A stretch of DNA of 64,000 bases from Arcobacteraceae bacterium (lineage in GTDB: Bacteria; Campylobacterota; Campylobacteria; Campylobacterales; Arcobacteraceae): the NCBI GenBank assembly GCA_048268245.1, contig JBLWVX010000004.1:64001-128000 (forward strand), read 5' to 3'. The first letter of the stretch is position 1. Every line of letters begins with the position of its first letter. Below, in pieces: positions 10,860 to 22,600 of the stretch. The position numbers and the translations under genes were made by a program. The notes below the pieces were generated by a model. The model was not told the DNA's origin and searched no databases. It saw nothing but the letters and a program-made list of their open reading frames with translations.

Positions 10860-11456
10860 TTAGTTTTCTACAACTACTCTAATTACTGAAGCTTCACCTT
10901 GATGACCTTTACCTTCATCTAAAATAGTAACCACTTCATTTATTTCACTTTGACATAAAGCAAAGCCTTTTTTAAAATCATCTACTGTGTAAAGTAAATC
11001 TTTATCTTTTGGTCCACCACTATTATAATTTAGCTGATTTACAGAAAAAAACTCCCCAACAAAAATTCCATCAGGTTTTAGTGAATCCTGTATTTTTTCA
11101 AAAAGCTTAGCTCTATCTTCTTTATACATATGTAAATAAGAAGCAACAATTACATCGTATTGTTCTTTTACTTCCCACTCATTTAAATCAGCACAAATAG
11201 TTTCTATATTTACACCCTCTTCTAAAGCTCTAAAATGAAGTTTTGATATTCCAATATCAGAAGCATCTATTGCTGTAACTTCCATACCTCTTTTTGCTAA
11301 AAAGATTGCATTTCTTCCTTCACCCTCACCTAAGCATAAAACTTTTCCATTCCTAGGAAAAGATTTTACTTTTGAAGCAATAAAACTATTTGGTTTTATA
11401 CCATAAAGGTAACCTTCTCTTGAAAATTTACCATTCCAAAACTCTTGTTGACTCAT
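10860..11456 (-). CDS. Class I SAM-dependent methyltransferase (TehB-like)
   Basis: VLCLGEGEGRNAIFLA motif I and VTAIDAS. Confidence 0.85.
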   Translation of the reverse strand: MSQQEFWNGKFSREGYLYGIKPNSFIASKVKSFPRNGKVLCLGEGEGRNAIFLAKRGMEVTAIDASDIGISKLHFRALEEGVNIETICADLNEWEVKEQYDVIVASYLHMYKEDRAKLFEKIQDSLKPDGIFVGEFFSVNQLNYNSGGPKDKDLLYTVDDFKKGFALCQSEINEVVTILDEGKGHQGEASVIRVVVEN

Positions 11457-12148
11457 TTTTTAGAATCCTTTTTTACACTACAATTTGTTGTTATTCTATC
11501 AATTAAAGTTATATACCATTTTCCATCATCTAATTTGTTTAAATAAAATACAATTTCAGGTGTTAAAATAACTTTGTATGACATAAGCTCAATCATTTTT
11601 GCTTTATGAAAATCCTCTTTTTTAAAAGAATCTTTTTTAATCATATTTTTCTCTTCCATAAACTTTTTTAATTTTGCATTTGTATTAGTACTTAAAAAAA
11701 GTCCATCATTTGTCCATCCATAATAAGCATCATTATAAGGACTACAATTAAAAGTAGAATCAGCTTCAATTATTGGTAAGTTTATAGCTTTTTTAGGAAC
11801 TCTTGATATAAGATGTGAAAATTCTTCAACCTTTATAGTATCTTCTTCAACTACATTATGAAACATTTTCTGAAAAGAAAAATTTTCAAATCCATCTACT
11901 TTATATAAATTATATAAACCGAATTTTTGGTTTATAAATTTACTATTTAAAAGCTGCAGATTATTTTGAGACATTGCTTTTACTATCTCATGAACTGTCT
12001 TTAAAAGTTCATCAGAAACTACAGGTCTTTCGTAAACAAACTCTTTTTCTTTTGGTTGAACCATTTTATTAAAGTCCTTAACTGAACAACCTGTAATAAC
12101 TAGTATAGTAAATGTACCTAAAACAATATTTTTTATAAATCTACTCAT
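11453..12148 (-). CDS. Hypothetical lipoprotein
   Basis: Lipobox ITGC after a hydrophobic stretch; 4-bp overlap with the downstream gene. Confidence 0.75.
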   Translation of the reverse strand: MSRFIKNIVLGTFTILVITGCSVKDFNKMVQPKEKEFVYERPVVSDELLKTVHEIVKAMSQNNLQLLNSKFINQKFGLYNLYKVDGFENFSFQKMFHNVVEEDTIKVEEFSHLISRVPKKAINLPIIEADSTFNCSPYNDAYYGWTNDGLFLSTNTNAKLKKFMEEKNMIKKDSFKKEDFHKAKMIELMSYKVILTPEIVFYLNKLDDGKWYITLIDRITTNCSVKKDSKK

Positions 12149-12299
12149 CTAAAAAACTAATCCTAAAATTTTTTTGATAATATACCATAAGTAACTATTC
12201 AAAGCCCTAAAAGGAATTTAACATCTAAACTATGACCTAAATTTAATAATATCTTAGCTAGAATATTCATTAAAAATTAAATCATTAGGAATTTATAAG

Positions 12300-13220
12300 A
12301 TGACTGAAGCAAAATATATATGGATGGATGGAGAATTTGTAAATTGGCATGATGCGAAAGTACATGTTCTTTCGCATACTCTTCACTATGGAAATGGTGC
12401 TATTGAAGGTACTAAAGCATATAAAACTCATGATGGAAGATGTGCTATTTTTAAACTTGAAGAGCACACAAAAAGACTTATAAACTCAGCTAAAATGACA
12501 CTAATTGATGTTCCATTTAGTGCTGAGGAATTAAATAAAGCACAAATTGAATTATTACAAAAAAATGAATTAACTGAAGGTGCTTATATTAGACCACTTG
12601 TTTACTTAGGATATGGAGTTATGGGTCTTTACCATAAACAAGCTCCTGTAAATGTTTCTATTTCTGCATGGGAATGGGGAGCATATTTAGGTGAAGAAGG
12701 TATGAAAAAAGGTGTAAGAGTAAAAATTGCATCTATGACTAGAAACTCAAATACATCAGGTATGGGTAAAGCAAAAGCAGTAGCAAACTACTTGAACTCT
12801 CAAATGGCAAAAGGTGAAGCTGTTGAGTGTGGTTATGATGAAGCTTTATTAAGAGATGACCAAGGTTATATCGCAGAAGCTTCTGGTGCTTGTTTCTTTA
12901 TTGTAAGAGATGGAGAAATTATCACTCCACCAAATGACAATTCACTAGAATCAATTACACAAGCTACAGTTATTGATTTAGCAAAAGACTTAGGATATAC
13001 AGTAACAAGAAGAAGATTAACAAGAGAAGAAGTATATATTGCTGATGAAGCATTCTTTACAGGAACTGCTGTTGAAGTTACTCCCATTAGAGATATTGAT
13101 GCAAGAATTATAGGTTCTGGTTCAAGAGGTCCAATTACTGAAGTATTACAAAAAGCATACTTTGATGTAGTTCAAGGTAGAAATGAAAAATATACTAAGT
13201 ATTTAACATACATTAACTAA
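12300..13220 (+). CDS. ilvE: Branched-chain amino acid aminotransferase
   Basis: HTLHYGNGAIEG, YIRPLV, KAVANY, ADEAFFTGTAVEV. Confidence 0.96.
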   Translation: MTEAKYIWMDGEFVNWHDAKVHVLSHTLHYGNGAIEGTKAYKTHDGRCAIFKLEEHTKRLINSAKMTLIDVPFSAEELNKAQIELLQKNELTEGAYIRPLVYLGYGVMGLYHKQAPVNVSISAWEWGAYLGEEGMKKGVRVKIASMTRNSNTSGMGKAKAVANYLNSQMAKGEAVECGYDEALLRDDQGYIAEASGACFFIVRDGEIITPPNDNSLESITQATVIDLAKDLGYTVTRRRLTREEVYIADEAFFTGTAVEVTPIRDIDARIIGSGSRGPITEVLQKAYFDVVQGRNEKYTKYLTYIN

Positions 13221-13257
13221 TCTTAGTTAATATTTTAAAAATAAAATAAGGGAAAAA

Positions 13258-14340
13258 ATGCCAATAGACAACGACTATTTTAAAAACAGACAACAGAATA
13301 ATGGTGGTGGTTCTAACAACAACGGTGGTGGAAACTATCAACCACCTTTTGAGCCACCAGAATTTTTCAAAAACTTTGGTAAAAAAGCAGGATTTATTTA
13401 TGTAATTATCATAATTATAGCTGCATTATTTATCTTTAAACCATTTGTGATTATTGAATCAGGTCAAGTAGGTATTAAAGTTACTACAGGTAAATATGAA
13501 GATAGACCATTAACTCCTGGTTTCCATTTATACATTCCAGTATTCCAAAAAGTTATTGTAGTTGATACAAAAGTAAGACTTATTAACTATAGAAGTGTTG
13601 AGCAAATGGGTGGTTTTGACCAAAGTATTAGATCAAACCCAGCAATTAATATCTTAGATGCTAGAGGTTTACCTGTTTCTATTGAATTAACTGTTCAATA
13701 TAGATTAACAGCAGATGGAGCTCCAACTACTATTGCTACATGGGGTCTTGGATGGGAAGACAAAATTGTTGATCCAGTTGTAAGAAATATTGTAAGAAAT
13801 ATTGTAGGTGGATTTAACGCAGAGGAATTACCAACAAGAAGAAATGAGATTGCTACATTAATTGAAAATGGTATTAGAACTCAAGTTGAAGCTTTAGAAG
13901 GTACACCTGTAAGTGTAGAATCTGTTCAATTAAGAGAAATCGTATTACCTGAAAAAATTAAAGAACAAATTGAAAGAGTTCAAATTGCGAACCAAGAATC
14001 TGAAAGAGTTAGATACGAAGTTTTAAGAGCAAAACAAGAAGCTGAGAAAAAAGCTGCACTTGCAAAAGGTGAGGCTGACAAAAACAGAATTGAAGCCCAA
14101 GGTAGAGCAGATGCTGTAACTATTGAAGCGAAAGCTCAATCAGAAGCAAATAAAGTTATTGCTAAATCATTAACTAATGAATTACTTCAAATGCAACAAA
14201 TTCAAGTTCAAGGAAAATTCAACGACGCACTTAGAGAAAATAAAGATGCTAAAATTTTCTTAACTCCTGGTGGTTCAACTCCAAATATCTGGGTTGATAC
14301 TAAAGACAAATCAAGAGATACTGCAATTAACGGTAAATAA
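13258..14340 (+). CDS. SPFH/prohibitin (band 7) family membrane protein
   Basis: N/G-rich N-terminus, single TM, VESVQLREIVLP, AE/AK-rich coiled coil. Confidence 0.9.
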   Translation: MPIDNDYFKNRQQNNGGGSNNNGGGNYQPPFEPPEFFKNFGKKAGFIYVIIIIIAALFIFKPFVIIESGQVGIKVTTGKYEDRPLTPGFHLYIPVFQKVIVVDTKVRLINYRSVEQMGGFDQSIRSNPAINILDARGLPVSIELTVQYRLTADGAPTTIATWGLGWEDKIVDPVVRNIVRNIVGGFNAEELPTRRNEIATLIENGIRTQVEALEGTPVSVESVQLREIVLPEKIKEQIERVQIANQESERVRYEVLRAKQEAEKKAALAKGEADKNRIEAQGRADAVTIEAKAQSEANKVIAKSLTNELLQMQQIQVQGKFNDALRENKDAKIFLTPGGSTPNIWVDTKDKSRDTAINGK

Positions 14341-14364
14341 TAAAGTAGGGTTTCCCCTACTTTA
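14341..14364 (+). terminator. Intrinsic terminator
   Basis: TAAAGTAGGG-tttc-CCCTACTTTA directly after the stop codon. Confidence 0.75.
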
Positions 14365-14384
14365 TATTTAGATAAAGTAATCAT

Positions 14385-14675
14385 ATGAAAAAAACTAACT
14401 TACTTTTAATACTATCTTTTTTACTTATTTCAATTAGTTATGCACAAGAAAAACAAGAAGAGAGTGTTAAGAATAAAAATGAAATTAACTTAGATATACC
14501 ACTTGAAGAAGATAGATATTCAAAATATAAAGAAGAAAAATACTCAGAACCTCCATCAGTAGAAGAAGTAGAAAAACTTAAAGAAAAAGATATTGAAATT
14601 GGTGGAGATATTGAAGTTGATAAAGTTACAAAAGAAGTAGAAAAACTAAAACTTGATATCAGTAAAAAATTTTAA
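14385..14675 (+). CDS. Small exported hypothetical protein
   Basis: Sec signal ending SYA|Q; acidic body; ends LKLDISKKF. Confidence 0.7.
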   Translation: MKKTNLLLILSFLLISISYAQEKQEESVKNKNEINLDIPLEEDRYSKYKEEKYSEPPSVEEVEKLKEKDIEIGGDIEVDKVTKEVEKLKLDISKKF

Positions 14676-14683
14676 GGGCAAAA

Positions 14684-15364
14684 ATGGAAGCAATAGAAAA
14701 AATTGATTGGGAAAAAACTAATGGTTTAATTCCTGTAGTTACACAAGATGCAACAACAAATGAAGTGTTGATGCTAGCTTATATGGATAAAGAAGCATTA
14801 AAATTAACTATCAGCACAAACTACGCTCACTACTTTAGTAGAACAAAACAAAGAATTTGGAAAAAAGGTGAAAGCTCAAATCACACACAAGAAATAGTGA
14901 ATATTATGCTTGACTGTGATAATGACACTCTTTTATTAAAAGTAAATCAAGAAGGTGTAGCTTGTCACACAGGAAGAAAATCTTGTTTCTTCACTGATTT
15001 ACAAACAAACGAAGAAGTGTCAAAAGTAGAAGTTGATACAACTGCTGCTTATGGTGTAATAGATACTTTATATCATACAATACTTGATAGAAAAAATGAT
15101 GACCCAAGTAAATCATACACTTCAAAACTTTTAAATGGTGAGCAAAACTCTATGCTTAAAAAAATCGTAGAAGAATCAGGTGAATTTACATTTGCAATAA
15201 AAGATGATGATGAAGAAGAAATTATCTACGAAGCAGCAGATATTACATATCATGTTTTAGTTGCCCTTGCTTCAAAAAATATAAGCCCTGATAGAGTTAA
15301 ACAAGAGTTAGCTAGAAGATTTGGAATGTCAGGAATCGAAGAAAAAAACTCAAGAACTAAATAA
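14684..15364 (+). CDS. hisIE: Bifunctional PR-AMP cyclohydrolase / PR-ATP pyrophosphatase
   Basis: WKKGESS, DCDNDTLL, ACHTGRKSCF, YEAADITYH. Confidence 0.97.
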   Translation: MEAIEKIDWEKTNGLIPVVTQDATTNEVLMLAYMDKEALKLTISTNYAHYFSRTKQRIWKKGESSNHTQEIVNIMLDCDNDTLLLKVNQEGVACHTGRKSCFFTDLQTNEEVSKVEVDTTAAYGVIDTLYHTILDRKNDDPSKSYTSKLLNGEQNSMLKKIVEESGEFTFAIKDDDEEEIIYEAADITYHVLVALASKNISPDRVKQELARRFGMSGIEEKNSRTK

Positions 15365-15441
15365 TTTTAAGTTTCAAGTGCAATTAATGCAACTAAGTTG
15401 CACTTAAACTTTAAAAGCTATAATTTCCAAAAGGAGTTATT

Positions 15442-15699
15442 ATGGCTAATCACTGTCAATACTGCTCTAAAAAAATACCTATTTCAAAGGTTTTTTGCTC
15501 AAAAGAGTGTAAAGAAAACTATTTTGAAAAAGCAATTATTAATATTCCTAAACCTTTTGTAAAAAAACTATATTTTTTTTGTAATGAAGAAGAAAAAGAA
15601 GCAGAAATCTTAAAGTTTTGCGAAAGACATAACTGGAAAGAACAGCTAGTAAAACAGAAAATTGAAGAAATTTATTTAGAGTATTTTAAATGTGGATAA
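15442..15699 (+). CDS. Small Zn-ribbon protein (DUF2116-like)
   Basis: HCQYC...FCSKEC; AAGGAG RBS. Confidence 0.75.
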   Translation: MANHCQYCSKKIPISKVFCSKECKENYFEKAIINIPKPFVKKLYFFCNEEEKEAEILKFCERHNWKEQLVKQKIEEIYLEYFKCG

Positions 15700-15723
15700 A
15701 AAGTAGCAATGCTACTTTTTATC
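15695..15723. terminator. Bidirectional intrinsic terminator
   Basis: GATAAAAAGTAGCA-A-TGCTACTTTTTATC between convergent genes. Confidence 0.8.
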
Positions 15724-15731
15724 TTTTTGTC

Positions 15732-16916
15732 TTAGTGACAACCACATCCTGTACCACAACTACCACCAGATGATTGTTGAGTTTGTTGTGCAGAACTAGC
15801 ACTTGCAGCTGTTGTTGAACAAGCACTTACACCTGGAGGTGTAGTTGGTTGAATATCTGCATTTGATCTATCATCATCTACGCTATCTAAGAAAGCAATT
15901 ACTTTTGATGCTGCTTCCATATATCTTTTTGCAGATATTGATTCAGGGTTAAAGTAAGTAATTGGTTTACCACCATCTCCACCTTCTCTAATTGCTGGTT
16001 CAATTGGTAAGTTACCTAATACTTGAGTATTGTATTGATCAGCTAAATCTTCACAAGTTCCCATTCCAAAAATATCTGATTCTGTTTCACATGATGGACA
16101 AATAAATCCACTCATATTTTCAACAATACCAGCTACAGGAATATGTAACTTTTGGAACATATCTAAAGATCTTCTTGAATCATCAAGTGCAACATGCTGT
16201 GGAGTTGTTACATTAATACCAGCTGCAACTGGAACACTTTGAGCAAGTGTTAATTGAGCATCACCAGTACCAGGAGGCATATCAATGAAAAGAATATCTA
16301 ACTCTTCCCATAAAATATCTCTTAACAGTTGTTGGATAGCTTTCATAATCATAGCCCCTCTCCAAATAACTGCTTGACCTTCATCCATTAATACACCCAT
16401 TGACATTACATCAACACCATATGCATTAAGTGGTCTTGCTTTTTCACCGATAACTTCTACTTCTTTTCCTTGTAATCCCATCATTCTTGGAATATTTGGA
16501 CCATAAATATCAGCATCAAGAATACCTACTTTTTTACCTTGCATAGAAGCTGCAACAGCTAAGTTTACTGTAGTAGTTGATTTACCAACTCCACCTTTAC
16601 CAGAACTTACCATTACAATTTTTTTAATCTGTGGAGCGATGTTTTTACCACTTACAGAGTTAGAGTTTTGTTTTGGAACTTGTGGCTTATTGAACCCAAG
16701 TCTTACTTCAAGTCCAATAGCATTGATACAGGCATGAATATCTTTTCTTAATTGATCTTCAACCTCTTGAGCACTAGATGTAATATCTAATACAATTGAA
16801 GCAGTGTTTCCTTCTAATTGAACATCTTTTACGAACCCAAAGTCCATAATAGATTTTTCAAATCCAGGATACTTAACCTTTTCAAGTTCTTTTTTAATAT
16901 CTTCTATATTTGCCAT
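15732..16916 (-). CDS. mrp: Mrp/ApbC/NBP35 Fe-S cluster carrier ATPase
   Basis: SGKGGVGKST, DADIYGPN, DMPPGTGDAQL, ENMSGFICPSC. Confidence 0.93.
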   Translation of the reverse strand: MANIEDIKKELEKVKYPGFEKSIMDFGFVKDVQLEGNTASIVLDITSSAQEVEDQLRKDIHACINAIGLEVRLGFNKPQVPKQNSNSVSGKNIAPQIKKIVMVSSGKGGVGKSTTTVNLAVAASMQGKKVGILDADIYGPNIPRMMGLQGKEVEVIGEKARPLNAYGVDVMSMGVLMDEGQAVIWRGAMIMKAIQQLLRDILWEELDILFIDMPPGTGDAQLTLAQSVPVAAGINVTTPQHVALDDSRRSLDMFQKLHIPVAGIVENMSGFICPSCETESDIFGMGTCEDLADQYNTQVLGNLPIEPAIREGGDGGKPITYFNPESISAKRYMEAASKVIAFLDSVDDDRSNADIQPTTPPGVSACSTTAASASSAQQTQQSSGGSCGTGCGCH

Positions 16917-17154
16917 AGAAAAATCCTTTTTATAAAGTTTTATATTTAAATTTTTTGTATTATAATTGAAATAGGATAATTTTTGTCTTAATTAAACTAA
17001 ATTTTCTATTTTTTTGTAAAAAGTAAAGGTTTATTTACTTTTTTAAACAGTGATATTTTATCAAAAGTTTATGAAATACATAGAATTTTAAAGGCTTTAG
17101 ATTTATTGTTTTTTATAATTTTGATTTTTGGAAATAGTTTTGAAAGTTTAAAAT

Positions 17155-17198
17155 AAAAAAAGCACCCTTCAAATTATTTTGAAAGATGCTTTTTTATT
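17155..17198 (-). terminator. Probable terminator downstream of thiC and its repeat array
   Basis: AAAAAAGCAcccTTCAAA...TTTGAAagaTGCTTTTTT imperfect stem with A/T tails on both sides. Confidence 0.55.
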
Positions 17199-17207
17199 AG
17201 GTGATTT

Positions 17208-18848
<1,641 letters not shown>

Positions 18849-18942
18849 TTATAAAACCTTAATCCAAGCAATTAATTTCCATTTATTATTTGTATAAGTT
18901 TCTTTTCTATATAATAATCAAAGAAAAAATAATGGGATAATT

Positions 18943-19764
18943 ATGAAAAATAAAGTAAAAAAGCAAATTGATTCATTACCACCATTACCCAATAGTATTA
19001 TAGAACTAGAAGAGTTTAAAAAAGTAAAAAACTCTTCTCCTGATGAATTGATAAAAATAATTGAGAAAGATCCCCTGTTAGTAGCAAATATACTAAAAGT
19101 AGCAAACTCTTCAATGTTTGGTTTTAGAAGTAGTGTAGATACTTTAAGTAGAGCTATAAACTTACTTGGCATAAACTTTACTATTTCATTAGCAATGGGC
19201 TCAATTGTTCAAAATACAGTAAAATGTAACCTTTTGGCCTATAGCATTTCAACGGATGAATTTATAAACTTAAGTGCTTTATCTACAAAAATTATAAATG
19301 AATGGATTTCAAAAATAGACAATGACTTAAAAGATAATTTATTAATGCCTGCGTTTTTACAAGAAACAGGTAAATTTATCATTGCTAAAATAATTGAACA
19401 AGAAAATAAAATTGATGACTTCAAAGAAGCTTTAAATAAAGAGAATGATATTTCAACAGTTGAGATAAACTTTACAGGCTTTACGACAGCTAAAATTACT
19501 GCTAACTTATTTAAACATTGGGGGCTAACTCACAATATCATATATTCAATAGGGTTTGTTGATGATATAAATAATGCTTCTAGTGAATATAAGAAAAAAG
19601 CACAAATTCTAAAAATCACAAAAGAGCTTGCTAACTTCAAAGCTCCTTTGAGTGATTCATCTATTGAAATGGCAAATAAATTGTCAAAATCTTATGGATT
19701 TGATGAAAAACAACTAAATAATTCAATTCAATCAATAAAAGATCAAATTCTAAATAATTCTTAA
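18943..19764 (+). CDS. HDOD domain protein
   Basis: LPPLP, IEKDPLLVANILKVANS, SRAINLLG, HWGL. Confidence 0.9.
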   Translation: MKNKVKKQIDSLPPLPNSIIELEEFKKVKNSSPDELIKIIEKDPLLVANILKVANSSMFGFRSSVDTLSRAINLLGINFTISLAMGSIVQNTVKCNLLAYSISTDEFINLSALSTKIINEWISKIDNDLKDNLLMPAFLQETGKFIIAKIIEQENKIDDFKEALNKENDISTVEINFTGFTTAKITANLFKHWGLTHNIIYSIGFVDDINNASSEYKKKAQILKITKELANFKAPLSDSSIEMANKLSKSYGFDEKQLNNSIQSIKDQILNNS

Positions 19765-19822
19765 CTTTTCATAAGTAACATTAGATTATAATATGTAACT
19801 TTTTTACACAAAGGGGATATTA

Positions 19823-20941
19823 GTGTCTGACGTTGCTTTAATTGTACTATGCGCTGGTAATTCTACTAGATTTCAACATAAAGCAAAAAAACAGTGGCTT
19901 AGAATTGAAAATGAACCACTATGGCTAAATGTGACTAAACGATTATCAGGTTTTGCTCAATTTGAGAAGATTATTGTTACTGCCCACAAAAATGAAATCG
20001 GGTATATGCAAAACTTTAATGATGACTACACGTACGTAACAGGCGGCGACACAAGACAAGAATCTATGGCAAACTCTCTAAAAGAAGTTACCTCTAAATA
20101 TGTAATGGTGACTGACGTTGCAAGAGCTTGCGTTCCTAAGAGTGTAATTGATAATCTACTCAACGAAAAAGGTGTAAAAGATTGTATAGTTCCTGTTCTA
20201 GATGTTTCTGATACAGTAATATACAATGAAGATACAATAAATAGAGATAATGTAAAACTTATCCAAACTCCTCAACTCTCAAAAACTGACATCTTAAAAA
20301 AAGCCTTAGATACAATAACTGAATTTACTGATGATAGCTCTGCTATAAAAGCAATAAATGGTTCTATTAAATATGTAAAGGGAAGTATTGAAAGCAAAAA
20401 ACTAACTCATGGTGATGAAATAAATGACTTACCAGCTTTAAAAGCAGCATCAAATAACTTCTTTACAGGAACTGGTATAGATATTCATCAATTTGAAGAT
20501 GGTAAAAAGATGTATTTAGGTGGTGTTGAGATCCCTTGTGAATATGGTTTTAAAGCTCATAGTGATGGAGATGTATTAATTCATTCAGTAATAGATGCAC
20601 TATTAGGTGCAGCTGGTGCTGGAGATATAGGAGAATTTTTTCCTGATACTGACCCAAAATATAAAGGTGCTGATTCAAAACTATTACTTCAAGAGATTGT
20701 AGAGTTTATTTATAATGTTGGCTATGAAATAGTAAATATAGACCTTACTATATTAGCTCAACAACCTAAAATTAATCCTTTCAAAAAAGATATTAAAAAA
20801 CAATTATCAAAAATTTTAGCCCTTGAAAAGCAATTTATCAATATAAAAGCAACTACTGGGGAGAAAATGGGATTTGTTGGTAGAAAAGAAGGTGTGGCAG
20901 TTCAAAGTATTGCTACATTAAAATACTATAAATGGAAGTAA
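19823..20941 (+). CDS. ispDF: Bifunctional IspD/IspF
   Basis: GTG start; CAGNSTRF, GGDTRQES, QTPQ; GIDIH, HSDGDV, KATTGEKMGFVGR. Confidence 0.96.
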   Translation: MSDVALIVLCAGNSTRFQHKAKKQWLRIENEPLWLNVTKRLSGFAQFEKIIVTAHKNEIGYMQNFNDDYTYVTGGDTRQESMANSLKEVTSKYVMVTDVARACVPKSVIDNLLNEKGVKDCIVPVLDVSDTVIYNEDTINRDNVKLIQTPQLSKTDILKKALDTITEFTDDSSAIKAINGSIKYVKGSIESKKLTHGDEINDLPALKAASNNFFTGTGIDIHQFEDGKKMYLGGVEIPCEYGFKAHSDGDVLIHSVIDALLGAAGAGDIGEFFPDTDPKYKGADSKLLLQEIVEFIYNVGYEIVNIDLTILAQQPKINPFKKDIKKQLSKILALEKQFINIKATTGEKMGFVGRKEGVAVQSIATLKYYKWK

Positions 20942-20944
20942 AAT

Positions 20945-21835
20945 ATGAATATTTTAATTATTGAAAATGAGATTTATTTAGCACAAAAAGTAGTTTCTAG
21001 ACTACTTGATGATGGACACAGTTGTGATTATATTGAATCACCAAATATTGATAACTTATCAAAAGATTATGACATAGTACTTTTATCAACTTCACTTCCA
21101 TCAAGTTTATGTAAAAATATAATCAAAAAATATAAAGAAAACTCTATTATTCTTCTTTTAGTTTCATATATTTCAGATGAAACAGTTACAAACCCTATAA
21201 AAGATGGTGCAAAAGATTATATTATGAAACCATTTTTAATGGATGAACTTGTAAGAAAAATTTATCACTATAAAGAGTGTAGAAGTTTAAAAAGAGAACT
21301 ACAGACACTAAGAGAATACGTTGATTTTATTATGGACGAAGTTGATACAACTGATACGTTCTTGCCTCCATCATTCCCTACTTTAGTTGAATCAAACTCA
21401 CAAAAATGTGCAGATAAACTTGTATTTAAATTATCAAGAAGACTTGATATGCCAATCTCATTTATCTCACTAAATTGTGCAAATTGGCAAAAGAAACTAA
21501 ATGCATTAGATGATAAAGGTATTATATATCTTACTGAGTACCACAGTTTAAAAAGAACTGCAAAAGATAATCTTATTAAATTGATAGAGCATAAAAACTG
21601 TGTGATTTCATCACTTGAAAGTGAAGAAGACTTCCCATACAGAAAAATAGAGTTTAACAATGAGAATTTACTTATGAGTACTACAAATATCATGACTATA
21701 AATGACTATGTAAAACTTATGGTTCTATCATACCAATCAAAATACCCAGATACAGAACTATCTAAAAAACTTGGTATTTCAAGAAAATCTCTTTGGGAAA
21801 AGAGAAAAAAACTTGGTATAGAAAAAAAGAAATAA
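20945..21835 (+). CDS. Atypical orphan response regulator with C-terminal Fis-type HTH (HP1021/Cj1608-like)
   Basis: Receiver IIENE...VLLS (no phosphoacceptor Asp), GAKDYIMKPF; KKLGISRKSLWEKRKK; directly after ispDF. Confidence 0.8.
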   Translation: MNILIIENEIYLAQKVVSRLLDDGHSCDYIESPNIDNLSKDYDIVLLSTSLPSSLCKNIIKKYKENSIILLLVSYISDETVTNPIKDGAKDYIMKPFLMDELVRKIYHYKECRSLKRELQTLREYVDFIMDEVDTTDTFLPPSFPTLVESNSQKCADKLVFKLSRRLDMPISFISLNCANWQKKLNALDDKGIIYLTEYHSLKRTAKDNLIKLIEHKNCVISSLESEEDFPYRKIEFNNENLLMSTTNIMTINDYVKLMVLSYQSKYPDTELSKKLGISRKSLWEKRKKLGIEKKK

Positions 21836-21843
21836 GGTAAATT

Positions 21844-22317
21844 ATGAATTTAAGAAAGTTTTTCCTAACAGTTGGATATTCAGGTTTATCTCCAAAAGCT
21901 CCTGGAACAGTAGGTTCATTTGTAGCTTTAATCTTAGCAATTGGTATACTACAAGTATTTGATGTTTCAACTCTATTTTTATTAGGCTTATTTGTTACTG
22001 TGATTGCAGTAAAACAAATAGATATATATGAAAAAGAAGTAGGTGAGCATGATAGTAAAGAAATAGTAATTGATGAGCTTGCAGGAATGTGGATAGCACT
22101 ATCAATTTGTAAACCAACAGAATCAAACCTTCTTATTATGGCAGCCTTAGCCTTTATATTCTTTAGAATATTTGATATATGGAAACCTTCAATTATTGGA
22201 AGAATCGATGAAAAAGTAAAAGGTGGATGGGGAGTTATGGGTGATGATGTAATCGCCGGAATTGCAGGTGGTATCTCAGCCTCAGCAGTTTACTACTTAG
22301 TTACACAATTTATTTAA
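21844..22317 (+). CDS. pgpA: Phosphatidylglycerophosphatase A
   Basis: PKAPGTVGS, EIVIDE, FRIFDIWKP, GVMGDD. Confidence 0.93.
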   Translation: MNLRKFFLTVGYSGLSPKAPGTVGSFVALILAIGILQVFDVSTLFLLGLFVTVIAVKQIDIYEKEVGEHDSKEIVIDELAGMWIALSICKPTESNLLIMAALAFIFFRIFDIWKPSIIGRIDEKVKGGWGVMGDDVIAGIAGGISASAVYYLVTQFI

Positions 22318-22412
22318 ATAAAAGCTCGTTAGTCTAAATTAGACTAACAATGCTTTATTACTACATATATTTTCTATTTATTAACAGATTTAAAAAGTTT
22401 TTATTCGTGATT

Positions 22413-22600
22413 AAAATAGTGAAAAAGTTCACTGTTTTGTTGAAGTTCAAGGCAAAATTTGGAATTTATGAGGAGCGTACATATAGTATGGAAGTAGGGG
22501 AAAACTTGTGCCCATAAGGCACAAGGCAAACTTCACGCGTAACTTGAAGTTTTCAACGCAGAAATTGCGTAAAATAGGTAAACTATTTTACGATTTTTGC
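22413..22600. repeat. Composite palindromic extragenic element (REP/MITE-like) overlapping the carA stop
   Basis: Hairpins at 22413-22438, 22476-22490, 22505-22525 and 22558-22600; higher GC than the other intergenic regions. Confidence 0.6.
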
